Assembly: GCA_944391705.1 (NCBI GenBank)
Contig: CALXUN010000007.1
Location: 197 to 64,196 of the forward strand
Direction of reading: 5' to 3'
DNA from: an uncultured Alphaproteobacteria bacterium
Lineage (GTDB): Bacteria > Pseudomonadota > Alphaproteobacteria > RF32 > CAG-239
Length of the DNA: 64,000 nucleotides
Numbering within the stretch: the stretch's first letter is position 1; every line of letters starts with the position of its first letter. The position numbers and the translations under genes were made by a program. Below the pieces are notes generated by a model. The model did not search any database. It saw nothing but the letters and a program-made list of their open reading frames with translations, and had not been told where the DNA came from. Positions 8,637-18,227 of this stretch are shown piece after piece.

Positions 8637-11579
8637 ATGGCCGGCCGTATTTACAACATTCCGCAAAGCTGCTCCTTTGTTGATGTTTTGGCGCAAAAAT
8701 TCGGACTCATGTATCAAGACAACCCTGCCGGGCTGGCCGGACTGATGTTTTTGCTTCCCAACCGCCGCGCCTGTTTGTCTTTACGTGATGCTTTTGTGCG
8801 TTTAAACGGGTTAAGGCCGACCCTGCTGCCCAAGATTATTCCGATTGGCGATTTGGAAGAAGATGAAATCAGTTTAAGGACCGGCGACGGGCCGGAAATC
8901 ATACGCCGTCTGCCCCCGGCCGTAGATGAATTTGAACGATTATTTATTTTTGCCCGCTTAATTGTTTCCAAACCGGCCGAGTACGGTCTGCCGGAAATGA
9001 CAATCAGCCAGGCGGTTTCTTTAGCCCGTGATTTGGCAAAACTGATAGACATATCCCATAATGAGCAGCTTTCTTTTGATAAACTTAAAAATCTTGTGCC
9101 GGAACAATATGCCGTCCATTGGCAGGAAACTTTGCGCTTTTTACAGATTATCACGCAGTACTGGCCGCAAATTTTAAAAGAAAGACAAGTTGTGGATGCC
9201 GCCGAAAGAAAGAACATTCTGCTTGCGGCACAAGCTGAAATCTGGGCGGACTCTCCGCCGCCTGAAAAAATTATTGCGGCCGGCATTACGGCGGATTTTC
9301 CCGGATATAAAAAACTGTTAAAAACAATTTTGCAGCTGCCGGAGGGTGAAGTTTATCTTTACGGCGTAGATAAGTTTTTAGACGATTCGGTTTGGGCGCA
9401 GGTTGATGAAAGTCATCCTCAGTTTGAAATCAAAAAACTGTTGGAATTTTTAAACCTTGACCGCCAAGATATAGCGGATGCCGCTTTGCCGAAAAATCCG
9501 CAGCGGGAACGCCTGGTATCCGAAGTCATGTGCCCGGCGCCGGCAACAACCGGCTGGCGGCGTTTGTCAGAACAAAAGCTTTCGCCGGAGGCAATCGCCG
9601 GTCTGCAGACAATTAATTGCGGTGATATCCGTGAAGAAGCGGCGGCCATAGCCGTCATAATGCGCCAAACCTTAAATACGCCCGGAAAAACAGCGGCATT
9701 GATTACAACGGACCGTGAGCTTGCCCGCCGTACGGCATCGGAATTGGAACGCTGGAATATTAAGATAGACGATTCGGCAGGGCGGCCGCTGCATTTATCG
9801 CCGACCGGAATTTTTTTACGGCTGATACCTTTTGTCATTGAATCCGGGTTTTCAGATTCGGCAATGCTGTCGCTTGTTAAAAATCCGTTTGTCCGGTTGG
9901 AAACGGATAAATCGGTTTTGCGCCGGCAGATACGGGAATGGGAACTGGCCAAACGCCGCCCGCTTTATTCCGGGGAAAAACGTCAGATTTCAGCGGATGT
10001 CCAAGCCTGGCAGGATAAATTGCGCAAGGCTTTGGAACCGTTAACGGAATTATATACCCGGCCAAGGGCGTCATTGGAACAGTTGTTAAAAGCTCATTTG
10101 CAAGCAGCGGAAAACCTGGCGGCTGCCAAAAGTGTAGCAATGGACGGTAATTCGGAAAACAAGGCTGACAAACTTTTATGGAGCGGTGATGACGGTCGTG
10201 CTGCGGCGGCATTTTTCAGCCGTCTTCTGCCGCAGGCAGAAACTTTGGGTGAAATTGAACCTATCCAGTATGCGTCGCTGTTAACGGTTTTGTTGTCGGC
10301 ACAGACGGTACGCGCCGGTTACGGAACTCATCCGCGATTAAAAATATTGGGCCCGATTGAGGCGCGTTTCAACCATTATGATACGGTTATTATCGGCGGG
10401 GTTAATGAAGGCATCTGGCCGGATTTACCCGGAAGCGACCCTTGGCTGTCCCGTCCGATGAAAAAAGATTTCGGAATGTCTTTGCCTGAAAAGGCCGTCG
10501 GTATTACGGCGGCGGATTTCAGCCAGCTGCTGTGTGCGCCCGAAGTATATTTAACCCGTGCCGACCGGGTCAATGGTACGCCGATGAATAAATCACGCTG
10601 GCTGCTGCGACTGGAAACGGTTTTAAGAGCTTGTGCTTTTCCGGAGGATATTCTTGAAAACACTTTGTACCGCCGACTTGCCCGACAGCTTGTTAAAGCA
10701 CCGCAAAGCGAAAATATTACCCCGCCGGCGCCATGCCCGCCCGTATCGGCTCGTCCGCGCCGCTTATCGGCCAGTGCCGTGGAAAAGCTGATGCGTGACC
10801 CCTATGAAATATATGCTTCCAGAATTTTGCATTTAAAACCTCTGGATGAGCTGGATATGAAGCTCTCCCCCGGCGATTACGGTAATATCGTTCACCGGAT
10901 TTTGGAAATATTTAATACCCGCTACCCGGCACAACTTCCGGAAAATGCCCGGGAAGAGATTTTGGCAATCGGCGCCCGGGAATTTCAAAACAGTGAAATA
11001 GCGCCGGAAGTCCGGGCTTTTTGGTGGCCGAGATTTGAAAGTATGGTCACCTGGGTTTTACAAACAGAAGAATTGTACCGGCAGAACATTGCCCGTGTTT
11101 ACAGCGAAGTTAAGGGACAAATGGAATGGGAAGCGCCGGCCGGAAAATTTACGGTTGAGGCACGGGCAGACCGGATAGATATAACAAAAGACGGCACCAT
11201 TAATATCATTGACTATAAAACCGGCGAACCGCGTAGTCAAAAAGAAGTCCAAGCCGGCTATGCCCCGCAACTGCCGATAGAAGGTTTGATTGCCCTAAAC
11301 GGCGGATTTTATGATAAAGAGCAAAAACCAATAGCCGCAACCGTTGTCGAAAGGCTGATTTATTGGAAATTAGGAGTTAAAAAGACCGAGATTCCGCTCT
11401 CAAACGGCACACTTTTGGCAGATATAGAAAAAAAACTGAAAAAACTTATTTATGAATTTGATTTTGAAACCACACCGTATCTGGCGCGACCAAACCCGAA
11501 ACACCTGCTGAAATATTCCGATTATGAACATCTGGCGCGGGTTAAGGAGTGGTCGGTGCATGAGGATGATGGAGAATAG
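8637..11579 (+). CDS. addB: Double-strand break repair protein AddB
   Basis: LLPNRRA, ILGPIEAR, DPWLSRPM, RDPY, RADRID...IIDYKTG, PQLPIE. Confidence 0.95.
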   Translation: MAGRIYNIPQSCSFVDVLAQKFGLMYQDNPAGLAGLMFLLPNRRACLSLRDAFVRLNGLRPTLLPKIIPIGDLEEDEISLRTGDGPEIIRRLPPAVDEFERLFIFARLIVSKPAEYGLPEMTISQAVSLARDLAKLIDISHNEQLSFDKLKNLVPEQYAVHWQETLRFLQIITQYWPQILKERQVVDAAERKNILLAAQAEIWADSPPPEKIIAAGITADFPGYKKLLKTILQLPEGEVYLYGVDKFLDDSVWAQVDESHPQFEIKKLLEFLNLDRQDIADAALPKNPQRERLVSEVMCPAPATTGWRRLSEQKLSPEAIAGLQTINCGDIREEAAAIAVIMRQTLNTPGKTAALITTDRELARRTASELERWNIKIDDSAGRPLHLSPTGIFLRLIPFVIESGFSDSAMLSLVKNPFVRLETDKSVLRRQIREWELAKRRPLYSGEKRQISADVQAWQDKLRKALEPLTELYTRPRASLEQLLKAHLQAAENLAAAKSVAMDGNSENKADKLLWSGDDGRAAAAFFSRLLPQAETLGEIEPIQYASLLTVLLSAQTVRAGYGTHPRLKILGPIEARFNHYDTVIIGGVNEGIWPDLPGSDPWLSRPMKKDFGMSLPEKAVGITAADFSQLLCAPEVYLTRADRVNGTPMNKSRWLLRLETVLRACAFPEDILENTLYRRLARQLVKAPQSENITPPAPCPPVSARPRRLSASAVEKLMRDPYEIYASRILHLKPLDELDMKLSPGDYGNIVHRILEIFNTRYPAQLPENAREEILAIGAREFQNSEIAPEVRAFWWPRFESMVTWVLQTEELYRQNIARVYSEVKGQMEWEAPAGKFTVEARADRIDITKDGTINIIDYKTGEPRSQKEVQAGYAPQLPIEGLIALNGGFYDKEQKPIAATVVERLIYWKLGVKKTEIPLSNGTLLADIEKKLKKLIYEFDFETTPYLARPNPKHLLKYSDYEHLARVKEWSVHEDDGE

Positions 11580-11582
11580 GCT

Positions 11583-14500
11583 ATGCCGGAAAATAAAGAA
11601 ATTTCAGCAAGAAAAGAAAATTTAAGTAAAATTGCCCGCCGCCAGCAGGGAAAAGCGGCAAATCCTGAACTTTCGGTATGGGTTGAAGCTTCAGCCGGCA
11701 CGGGAAAAACCAAGGTTTTGTCCGATCGTGTGTTACGGCTGCTTTTAGACGGCGTGGAACCGACAAAAATTTTGTGCCTGACGTATACCAAAGCAGCGGC
11801 GGTGGAAATGAATGCCCGTATTTCTGCCCGGTTGGCAAAATGGGCGGTTATTGCCGACAATGAATTGGATGAAGAATTGGAAAAACTGCTGGAAAGTTTC
11901 CCTGATAAAAAACAATATGATACGATTATCGCCCGCGCCCGCACGCTGTTTGCCACATTGCTTGATGTTCCGGGCGGCATGAAAATTCAGACCATACACA
12001 GCTTTTGTCAGGAAATATTGAAACGGTTTCCGTTAGAAGCCGGCATTTCACCCTATTTTTCGGTCATGGATGACCGGATGTCGGCAGAAGCTTTGGATAA
12101 AATATGTCAGGAATTGATTTTAGAGGTTGAACAGGCGCCCGAAACGGAAACCGGGCAGGCAATTTCTTATCTGACCCGGCATATCAGGGAGTTTAAATTT
12201 CCGGAATTGCTAAAAACGTTGGCGGATAACCGTAATAAATTGACGCAAATGCTTTCCGGTTACAAAAATTTTGCAGATTTCTTACATGAATTAAGCCGCC
12301 GGCTGAACGTCCGGGAAGATGAAACGGAAGAAACGGCGCATGCTGAATTTTACACTTCTCTTAATAAAGATATTATAGAAAAAGCTGCCGGTATCTTGAT
12401 GCAAGGTTCTAAGCAAGATAAGAATAACGGAACGGTTTTGTATGAAACAATAAAAAAATACGATTATGAAAAATACAAGAATGTGTTTTTAACCCAGGAT
12501 GGCAAGATTCGTGCAACACTGGCGCATAAGGAAGCCGTAAAAATTTATCAGGAAATAACGGAGGTTATGCAAAATCTGGCGCAGGAAATTTTGATTCTGG
12601 AAGAAAAACTGCTGCGGATACGCCTGTACGCCTCCACCCGGGCGGTTATGGTGGTGGCCGCCCGCCTGTCGGAAGCGTATCATATTTATAAGCAAAAAAA
12701 TGCCCGGCTTGATTATGAGGATTTGATAGTTATAACCCGAAAACTCCTGGAAGATAAAAACGTGGCAGACTGGGTTTTATTTAAATTAGACGGCGGCATC
12801 AGCCATGTTTTGATTGATGAAGCCCAAGACACATCGCCAAACCAATGGGCAATTGTTAAAGCCCTGACGGCAGAGTTTTTTGCAGGCCTCGGCCGGGAAG
12901 GCAAAAAACGGACGGTCTTTGCCGTTGGCGACCGTAAACAGTCAATATACAGTTTTCAGGGTGCCGACCCGGAAGAATTTGACCGGATGCGCCGTTATTT
13001 TTCTAAAAATTCCGCTGATTTCTCCACCGTCCGGCTGGATGTTTCGTTTCGTTCCACGAAAGCGGTTCTGGAAACGGTCAATAATTTGTTTTCACTGCCG
13101 GAAGCGGCGTCGGGGGTTGTGGCAGAAGGTAAAGGGACAGAGCATATACCGTACCGACTGGGAGAAGCGGGAAGGGTTGAAATCTGGCCCCTGGCTGAAG
13201 GCGAAGAAGAAAGCGAAGATATCTGGTATCCGCCGGTGGAACGTCATACTAAAATTTCTGCCAGTACCCGCTTAGCCGGCCAGATTGCCCGGAAAATTTC
13301 ACAGATGGTTAAAGAAGGAGAGCTTTTGGCTTCAAAAGGTCGTCCGCTGCAGTATGGTGATTTTATGGTTCTGGTGCAGCGGCGTAATTCTTTCATGGAA
13401 GAGTTTGTCCGTGAATGTAAAAAAGAAGGCGTTGCCGTTACCGGCGTTGATAAACTTAAACTTTTGGAGCAAATAGCGGTGGAAGATTTGCTTTCGCTCG
13501 GGCGTTTCCTTTTATTGCCGCAGGATGATTTAAGTCTGGCGGAAATTCTGAAATCTCCGCTGTTTGGTTTAACCGATGACGATTTGTTTAAATTGTGCTA
13601 TAATCGGGGAAACATGTCCTTATGGAGCCGTCTTAATGCGGATAAGGCATATCAGGAACCGGCATCGGTTCTTTCCGCTCTTTTAAACAGAGCGGATTAT
13701 ATCCGTCCGTTTGAACTTTACAGCCTTGTTTTAAGTACGCTTGACGGCCGTAAAAAATTTGTTGCCCGGTTAGGCGCAGAGGCTGAAGATGCATTGGATG
13801 AATTTATAAACCTGACACTTCGTTTTGAAGAAGAGCATATTCCCAATCTGCAAAATTTTTTAGCCTGGATAACGGCCGATGATATTGAAGTCAAAAGAGA
13901 GCTTGAACAGGCAGAAGACAATGCGGTACGGATTATGACCGTACATGGTTCCAAAGGCTTGCAGGCACCTGTCGTGATTTTGCCGGATACCGTGCGGCTG
14001 CCAAACATCAAAAAATCTGCCGGATTAATGTGGGATAAAGATAATATGGCTTATTATCCGCTATCCGGCAACGATTATGATGCCGGCTGCGCAATGTTGT
14101 ATGAACAAGAAAAAAACAAAGCTTTTGATGAATACCGCCGGTTGCTGTATGTTGCATTGACCCGGGCGGAAGACCGGTTGTATATCTGCGGTTATAAAGG
14201 AAAAAACAATCCTGATGAACGTTCCTGGTATGAATTATGCCGGAAAACGCTGGAAGAATGCGGCAATGCTGAAGCAGACGGTTCGCTTTCTTATACCTGC
14301 GCACAGGAAAATGAAGTAGCAGAAGAGAAAAGAAAAGCACCGCCGAAAGAAGAAACACCGGCTGAACCCTGGTTATGGCAGGAGGCTTTGGAAGAAAGCC
14401 CGCTGGCTAAACCCTATACGCCGTCGCACCCTGATGATGAAGAGCTTGATTTGCCGGCAGCATCTCCGCTGGTTGATAATGGAAAGTATTACCGCCGCGG

Positions 14501-14954
14501 TCTGCTGATGCACCGGCTGTTGCAGTTTTTACCTGCGGATGCCGATATAACAAAAAAAGACAGTTTAATCGATTCTTTTTTGCAAAAGAATGCGGCAGAT
14601 ATGCCCTCAAAGTTCCACCGGCAGATTAAAACGGAAATATTGCGAATTCTGACGGACAATAAATTTAAATTTATTTTCGGCCCCGGTTCCCGGGCGGAAG
14701 TTCCGGTTATGGGCGAAGTCGACGGCCGGATTGTTTCAGCTCAGATTGACCGTCTGGTTATATCCAAAGATAAAATAACGGTTGTTGATTTCAAAACCAA
14801 TTGTCCGCCGGCCGAAACAACGGATAAAGTTCCGGCAGCATATAAAAAACAGTTGGCGGTTTATAAACAGCTGATAGAAAAGATTTATCCCGGATATCCG
14901 GTTGAAACCTTTATTTTATGGACCAATTCGGCAAATTTGATGAAGATTGCTTAA
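11583..14954 (+). CDS. addA: Double-strand break repair helicase/nuclease AddA
   Basis: ASAGTGKTKVL, LIDEAQDT, VGDRKQSIYSFQGA, MTVHGSKGL, LLYVALTRA, IDRL..VVDFKT. Confidence 0.96.
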   Translation: MPENKEISARKENLSKIARRQQGKAANPELSVWVEASAGTGKTKVLSDRVLRLLLDGVEPTKILCLTYTKAAAVEMNARISARLAKWAVIADNELDEELEKLLESFPDKKQYDTIIARARTLFATLLDVPGGMKIQTIHSFCQEILKRFPLEAGISPYFSVMDDRMSAEALDKICQELILEVEQAPETETGQAISYLTRHIREFKFPELLKTLADNRNKLTQMLSGYKNFADFLHELSRRLNVREDETEETAHAEFYTSLNKDIIEKAAGILMQGSKQDKNNGTVLYETIKKYDYEKYKNVFLTQDGKIRATLAHKEAVKIYQEITEVMQNLAQEILILEEKLLRIRLYASTRAVMVVAARLSEAYHIYKQKNARLDYEDLIVITRKLLEDKNVADWVLFKLDGGISHVLIDEAQDTSPNQWAIVKALTAEFFAGLGREGKKRTVFAVGDRKQSIYSFQGADPEEFDRMRRYFSKNSADFSTVRLDVSFRSTKAVLETVNNLFSLPEAASGVVAEGKGTEHIPYRLGEAGRVEIWPLAEGEEESEDIWYPPVERHTKISASTRLAGQIARKISQMVKEGELLASKGRPLQYGDFMVLVQRRNSFMEEFVRECKKEGVAVTGVDKLKLLEQIAVEDLLSLGRFLLLPQDDLSLAEILKSPLFGLTDDDLFKLCYNRGNMSLWSRLNADKAYQEPASVLSALLNRADYIRPFELYSLVLSTLDGRKKFVARLGAEAEDALDEFINLTLRFEEEHIPNLQNFLAWITADDIEVKRELEQAEDNAVRIMTVHGSKGLQAPVVILPDTVRLPNIKKSAGLMWDKDNMAYYPLSGNDYDAGCAMLYEQEKNKAFDEYRRLLYVALTRAEDRLYICGYKGKNNPDERSWYELCRKTLEECGNAEADGSLSYTCAQENEVAEEKRKAPPKEETPAEPWLWQEALEESPLAKPYTPSHPDDEELDLPAASPLVDNGKYYRRGLLMHRLLQFLPADADITKKDSLIDSFLQKNAADMPSKFHRQIKTEILRILTDNKFKFIFGPGSRAEVPVMGEVDGRIVSAQIDRLVISKDKITVVDFKTNCPPAETTDKVPAAYKKQLAVYKQLIEKIYPGYPVETFILWTNSANLMKIA

Positions 14955-15045
14955 ATTAAAGGTTGTTTTTAGAATATTTGGCTTTAATATAAGAAACAAA
15001 CATACTATATAAAAAGAAGACAATTTTTTTAGAAAGGGAAAAAAT

Positions 15046-15360
15046 ATGCTTTCAATCAGTGATAATCAATTTCAAAGTGAAGTTTTGAATTCAAAAGGAC
15101 TGGTTTTGGTTGACTTTTGGGCAGAATGGTGCGGCCCGTGCCGCCAACTCGGCCCGGTTCTGGAAGAAGTTTCCAAGGAAATGGGAAATGATGTTAAAAT
15201 TTGTAAGATGAATGTCGATGAAGCGCCGAATACGGCTGCTCAATACGGGATTCGCAGCATTCCGACCATGTTTTTGTTTAAAGACGGCAAACAGGTAGAT
15301 GTCAAAATCGGTTTTAATTCCCAGGCTTCAATTGTTTCCTGGCTTAATTCCCATAAATAA
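15046..15360 (+). CDS. trxA: Thioredoxin
   Basis: VDFWAEWCGPC; follows addA. Confidence 0.96.
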   Translation: MLSISDNQFQSEVLNSKGLVLVDFWAEWCGPCRQLGPVLEEVSKEMGNDVKICKMNVDEAPNTAAQYGIRSIPTMFLFKDGKQVDVKIGFNSQASIVSWLNSHK

Positions 15361-15374
15361 AAGATAAGTTGTTT

Positions 15375-15417
15375 AACATTAAAAAATCCGGGAATGTCCG
15401 GATTTTTTAATGTTTTT
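15375..15417 (+). terminator. Intrinsic terminator after trxA
   Basis: aacattaaaaaatccgg-gaatgt-ccggattttttaatgtt inverted repeat with T-run. Confidence 0.8.
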
Positions 15418-15494
15418 GTAATTTTATTTTGATTGAATTATTTATAATAATAAATTAAAATCATTCCAGTTTTAAAAAGTGAGGGTGTAAATTA

Positions 15495-16454
15495 ATGGTC
15501 AAAATTAATGATATATTTTTCTCGGATATTTATATTACGCCGGAAAAAGTGGCATATATTCCCGATGATTTGACTGAAAACGGTTTGCAGATATTTGTCG
15601 CTTCCGATTTTGAAGAGTTTTATAAACTCGTAGAGGATTCTTATGAAGGGAATTCAAGTTATTCGGTTTTATATGAAAACGTATTTTTCCGGGTAGAACG
15701 CAGCATGACCGTAACCGGTGTTCAGTATTGTATCCGTAAAATGCCTAAAGTTGTTCCGGATTTTAACACCTTGGGGTACCGAAAAGAATTGGCAGTATAC
15801 CTTAATAATTTGTGTAAAGCATCCGGATTGATTTTATGGGCCGGCGCAACCGGTTCGGGTAAAACGACATCCATTTCTTCTTTATTGAAGGAATTTTTAG
15901 TCCGCGAAGGCGGTTTTGCCTATACGATTGAAGATCCGTCAGAAATGCCGCTTGACGGCGAGTACACGGCATTAAACGGTTCATTTGGTTTATGTAAACA
16001 AACTCAGCCGATAAACAACAATTGGGGTGAATCTCTAAAGTCGGCATTGCGTTCTAAACCACGTTATATTATGGTCGGTGAGATTCGCACCCCTGATGCT
16101 GCCAGTGAATGCCTTCGTGCCGCGACATCCGGACACTTGGTATTATCTACCATTCACGCTAACAATATTCCGGATGCCATTAACTCTCTGGTAAAATACG
16201 CTTCTTCGGCCGATATGAGTGAATCATTGGCATATGACCTTTTGTCCCGCGGTATATTGGCTGTTTTGCACCAGTCTTTGCGCGGAGTTGGGCATAAAAC
16301 ACCGATTTTGCGCTTCTTGTTTGCCAATCCGGACACAACCAGAGGCTGTCAGGTCAGAAGCATTATCAAAAGCGGAAAGTTAAACCTGGCAACACCGATT
16401 GAAACCCAAATGACACGTATGGCACAAGGACGGCCGCTGTTTGAGGATATGTAG
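15495..16454 (+). CDS. PilT/PilU-like (retraction-type) secretion ATPase
   Basis: GATGSGKTT, TIEDPSE, SALRSKP.YIMVGEIR, AATSGHLVLSTIHA, and C-terminal QVRSIIKSGK resembling PilT AIRNLIRE; 319 aa with no Zn motif. Confidence 0.8.
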   Translation: MVKINDIFFSDIYITPEKVAYIPDDLTENGLQIFVASDFEEFYKLVEDSYEGNSSYSVLYENVFFRVERSMTVTGVQYCIRKMPKVVPDFNTLGYRKELAVYLNNLCKASGLILWAGATGSGKTTSISSLLKEFLVREGGFAYTIEDPSEMPLDGEYTALNGSFGLCKQTQPINNNWGESLKSALRSKPRYIMVGEIRTPDAASECLRAATSGHLVLSTIHANNIPDAINSLVKYASSADMSESLAYDLLSRGILAVLHQSLRGVGHKTPILRFLFANPDTTRGCQVRSIIKSGKLNLATPIETQMTRMAQGRPLFEDM

Positions 16455-16464
16455 TCATCACAAT

Positions 16465-16495
16465 AAAAAATTCCGGATTTTCCGGAATTTTTTTT
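16465..16495. terminator. Bidirectional terminator between the pilT-like gene and the pil operon
   Basis: aaaaaattccgga-ttt-tccggaatttttttt between convergent genes. Confidence 0.8.
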
Positions 16496-16502
16496 AATTA
16501 TT

Positions 16503-17093
16503 TTATTCAAATATCCAACTAATATTATTTTTATTCTTGCAAAAATTTTCAGCAGCCTTTTCTGTTATCGGCAAAGGATTATTACCCCCCCATTCAAATG
16601 TCTCCGTCTTATCAGAAACAGTCAACATAATTTTCAGAAGTCCCAAATGTTCTTCCTTTTTAAAAGGATGTGAAAGCATGGCCACACAAGCCGTTTTGCT
16701 TAAATTCGGGATAGTTATCATAAAATTGCGCTGACCGGGCATAACCATGTTGCCGTCAGCATCCTGGCCAAGAATAACTTCCCGGCCGATAGCGCTGATA
16801 ACTTTATCATGATGCAACATAGATACAGGCACTAATTTGTTTTTCAAAGCACTGGCCGTATCCAAGCCCCAGTAATCCGGCCGGACTTTATAATGATTGC
16901 GGATATTTCCGGCCAATTCGGTTAATTCCTGATGAGCCGTTTGAAAGTGTTTTTTTTGTCCCGGCTGCAAGAGCATAACCGTTACCAAAACCAAAAGCAA
17001 AACCCCTGCAAATCCCCACAGATATTTATTGTGAAAAATTTCCCGGAGTTTTGCTTTGTTAAAGTTTATGATACCAGCCATACGGTCAAACAT
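16503..17093 (-). CDS. PilS-like type IVb pilin-domain protein
   Basis: N-terminal hydrophobic helix, then IRNHY..DYWGL, LVP, GREV, FMITIPNLSKTACVAM...C..KNN (two-Cys D-region pattern); starts 2 nt after the pilR stop. Confidence 0.55.
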   Translation of the reverse strand: MFDRMAGIINFNKAKLREIFHNKYLWGFAGVLLLVLVTVMLLQPGQKKHFQTAHQELTELAGNIRNHYKVRPDYWGLDTASALKNKLVPVSMLHHDKVISAIGREVILGQDADGNMVMPGQRNFMITIPNLSKTACVAMLSHPFKKEEHLGLLKIMLTVSDKTETFEWGGNNPLPITEKAAENFCKNKNNISWIFE

Positions 17094-17094
17094 T

Positions 17095-18213
17095 TTAACC
17101 TCCCATGGCGCTTGTAATCTGGTCTTGCATCTCAAACACGCCGAACACGGCCCAGGCAATAACGCCGGCAACGGCCAGCAAGGCCACCATGTTTAACAAC
17201 GAGGCTTTTTGTTCAATCATGTAAACAGATTCTTCCAGCCAGTCATCAGCCAGTTTCCCCAAAGCTTCTTCAAAGTTGTCAAGTTCCGAATAAATTTTCA
17301 AATCGGAAATAATTTCCTTATCCGGGAAATTCAAGCCTGTTTTCATTAAAGCCTGACCAAGGTTGTCACCGTTTTTAATAAAAGTAAGGGTTTTATCAAT
17401 CCGTTCTTTTAAGTATGCGTTGGAATCTCTTCTCAAAGCTTGTAAAGCCGTTGAAACCGGAACGCCGCCTTTAACCAGGGCAGACAAGGCCAAAAGCCAG
17501 GTAATGCCCATAAAGACTTTATATAAAGACCATGGCGGAACATTATCAAATGCAGCTCTAATCGGACCTGTCCATATACCAATGGTAAGATAAATGACAA
17601 GCATAACGGAAGGAAAAGAAATAAATGCAAACAGCCAGTTAACTTTAATCCAGTCGGAAATATCAACCAGCGTCCGTGCCGTCCCGACCCACCGTACGCC
17701 CGGTGCCGCATCAATCATCGGCGGAACCATGTAAGCACCGATGGCCCAGATAATAACGATGGACATCATCATCAGAAATGACGGATAAGAGATTGCGCCG
17801 ATAATCGGACGGATCATTTTGGTAGAACCTTCGGTAACTTTAATCAGGTTTAACAAAGCGCTTTCCAAATCGGAAACATCACCCACAGAAAGCATCAGTC
17901 TTTCACGGCTCGGCGCCCAGCCTTTCAGGGCATCAGAAAAAGGTAAACCGTTTTGTAAAGCCCGTCCCCAGCTGGCAAGAGCAATAGCCATTGGCTCGCT
18001 TGGGTTTTTACCGCCGTTGGTGATACCGTCGTGGAGCATATCCAGAGCATCCATTAACGAGAACCTGTTGCGCATCAGGGCGGCCAGTTTACGATAAATT
18101 TTCAATCTGGCTTCATTAGAAAAATTACAAATCATTTTAGCGTAATAAACTTCAATGGAGTTTAATGAACGCATTGCTTTATTAAAAGATGTTGATTTTT
18201 TCTTTTCTGCCAT
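17095..18213 (-). CDS. Type IVb pilus platform protein PilR (GspF/PilC family)
   Basis: RLKIYRKLAALMRN, ALQNGLPFSDALKGW.P..ERLML..G, YPSFL, PPWSLYK, G.NFPD. Confidence 0.85.
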   Translation of the reverse strand: MAEKKKSTSFNKAMRSLNSIEVYYAKMICNFSNEARLKIYRKLAALMRNRFSLMDALDMLHDGITNGGKNPSEPMAIALASWGRALQNGLPFSDALKGWAPSRERLMLSVGDVSDLESALLNLIKVTEGSTKMIRPIIGAISYPSFLMMMSIVIIWAIGAYMVPPMIDAAPGVRWVGTARTLVDISDWIKVNWLFAFISFPSVMLVIYLTIGIWTGPIRAAFDNVPPWSLYKVFMGITWLLALSALVKGGVPVSTALQALRRDSNAYLKERIDKTLTFIKNGDNLGQALMKTGLNFPDKEIISDLKIYSELDNFEEALGKLADDWLEESVYMIEQKASLLNMVALLAVAGVIAWAVFGVFEMQDQITSAMGG

Positions 18214-18227
18214 AATATATACCACTC

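Noticed and set aside
8637-11579. AddB lacking the Fe-S cluster cysteines
   Set aside because: Common in alphaproteobacterial AddB
8714-14610. Many antisense or overlapping ORFs of 60-190 aa here and throughout the ORF track
   Set aside because: Shadows of well-supported genes, with no motifs or RBS
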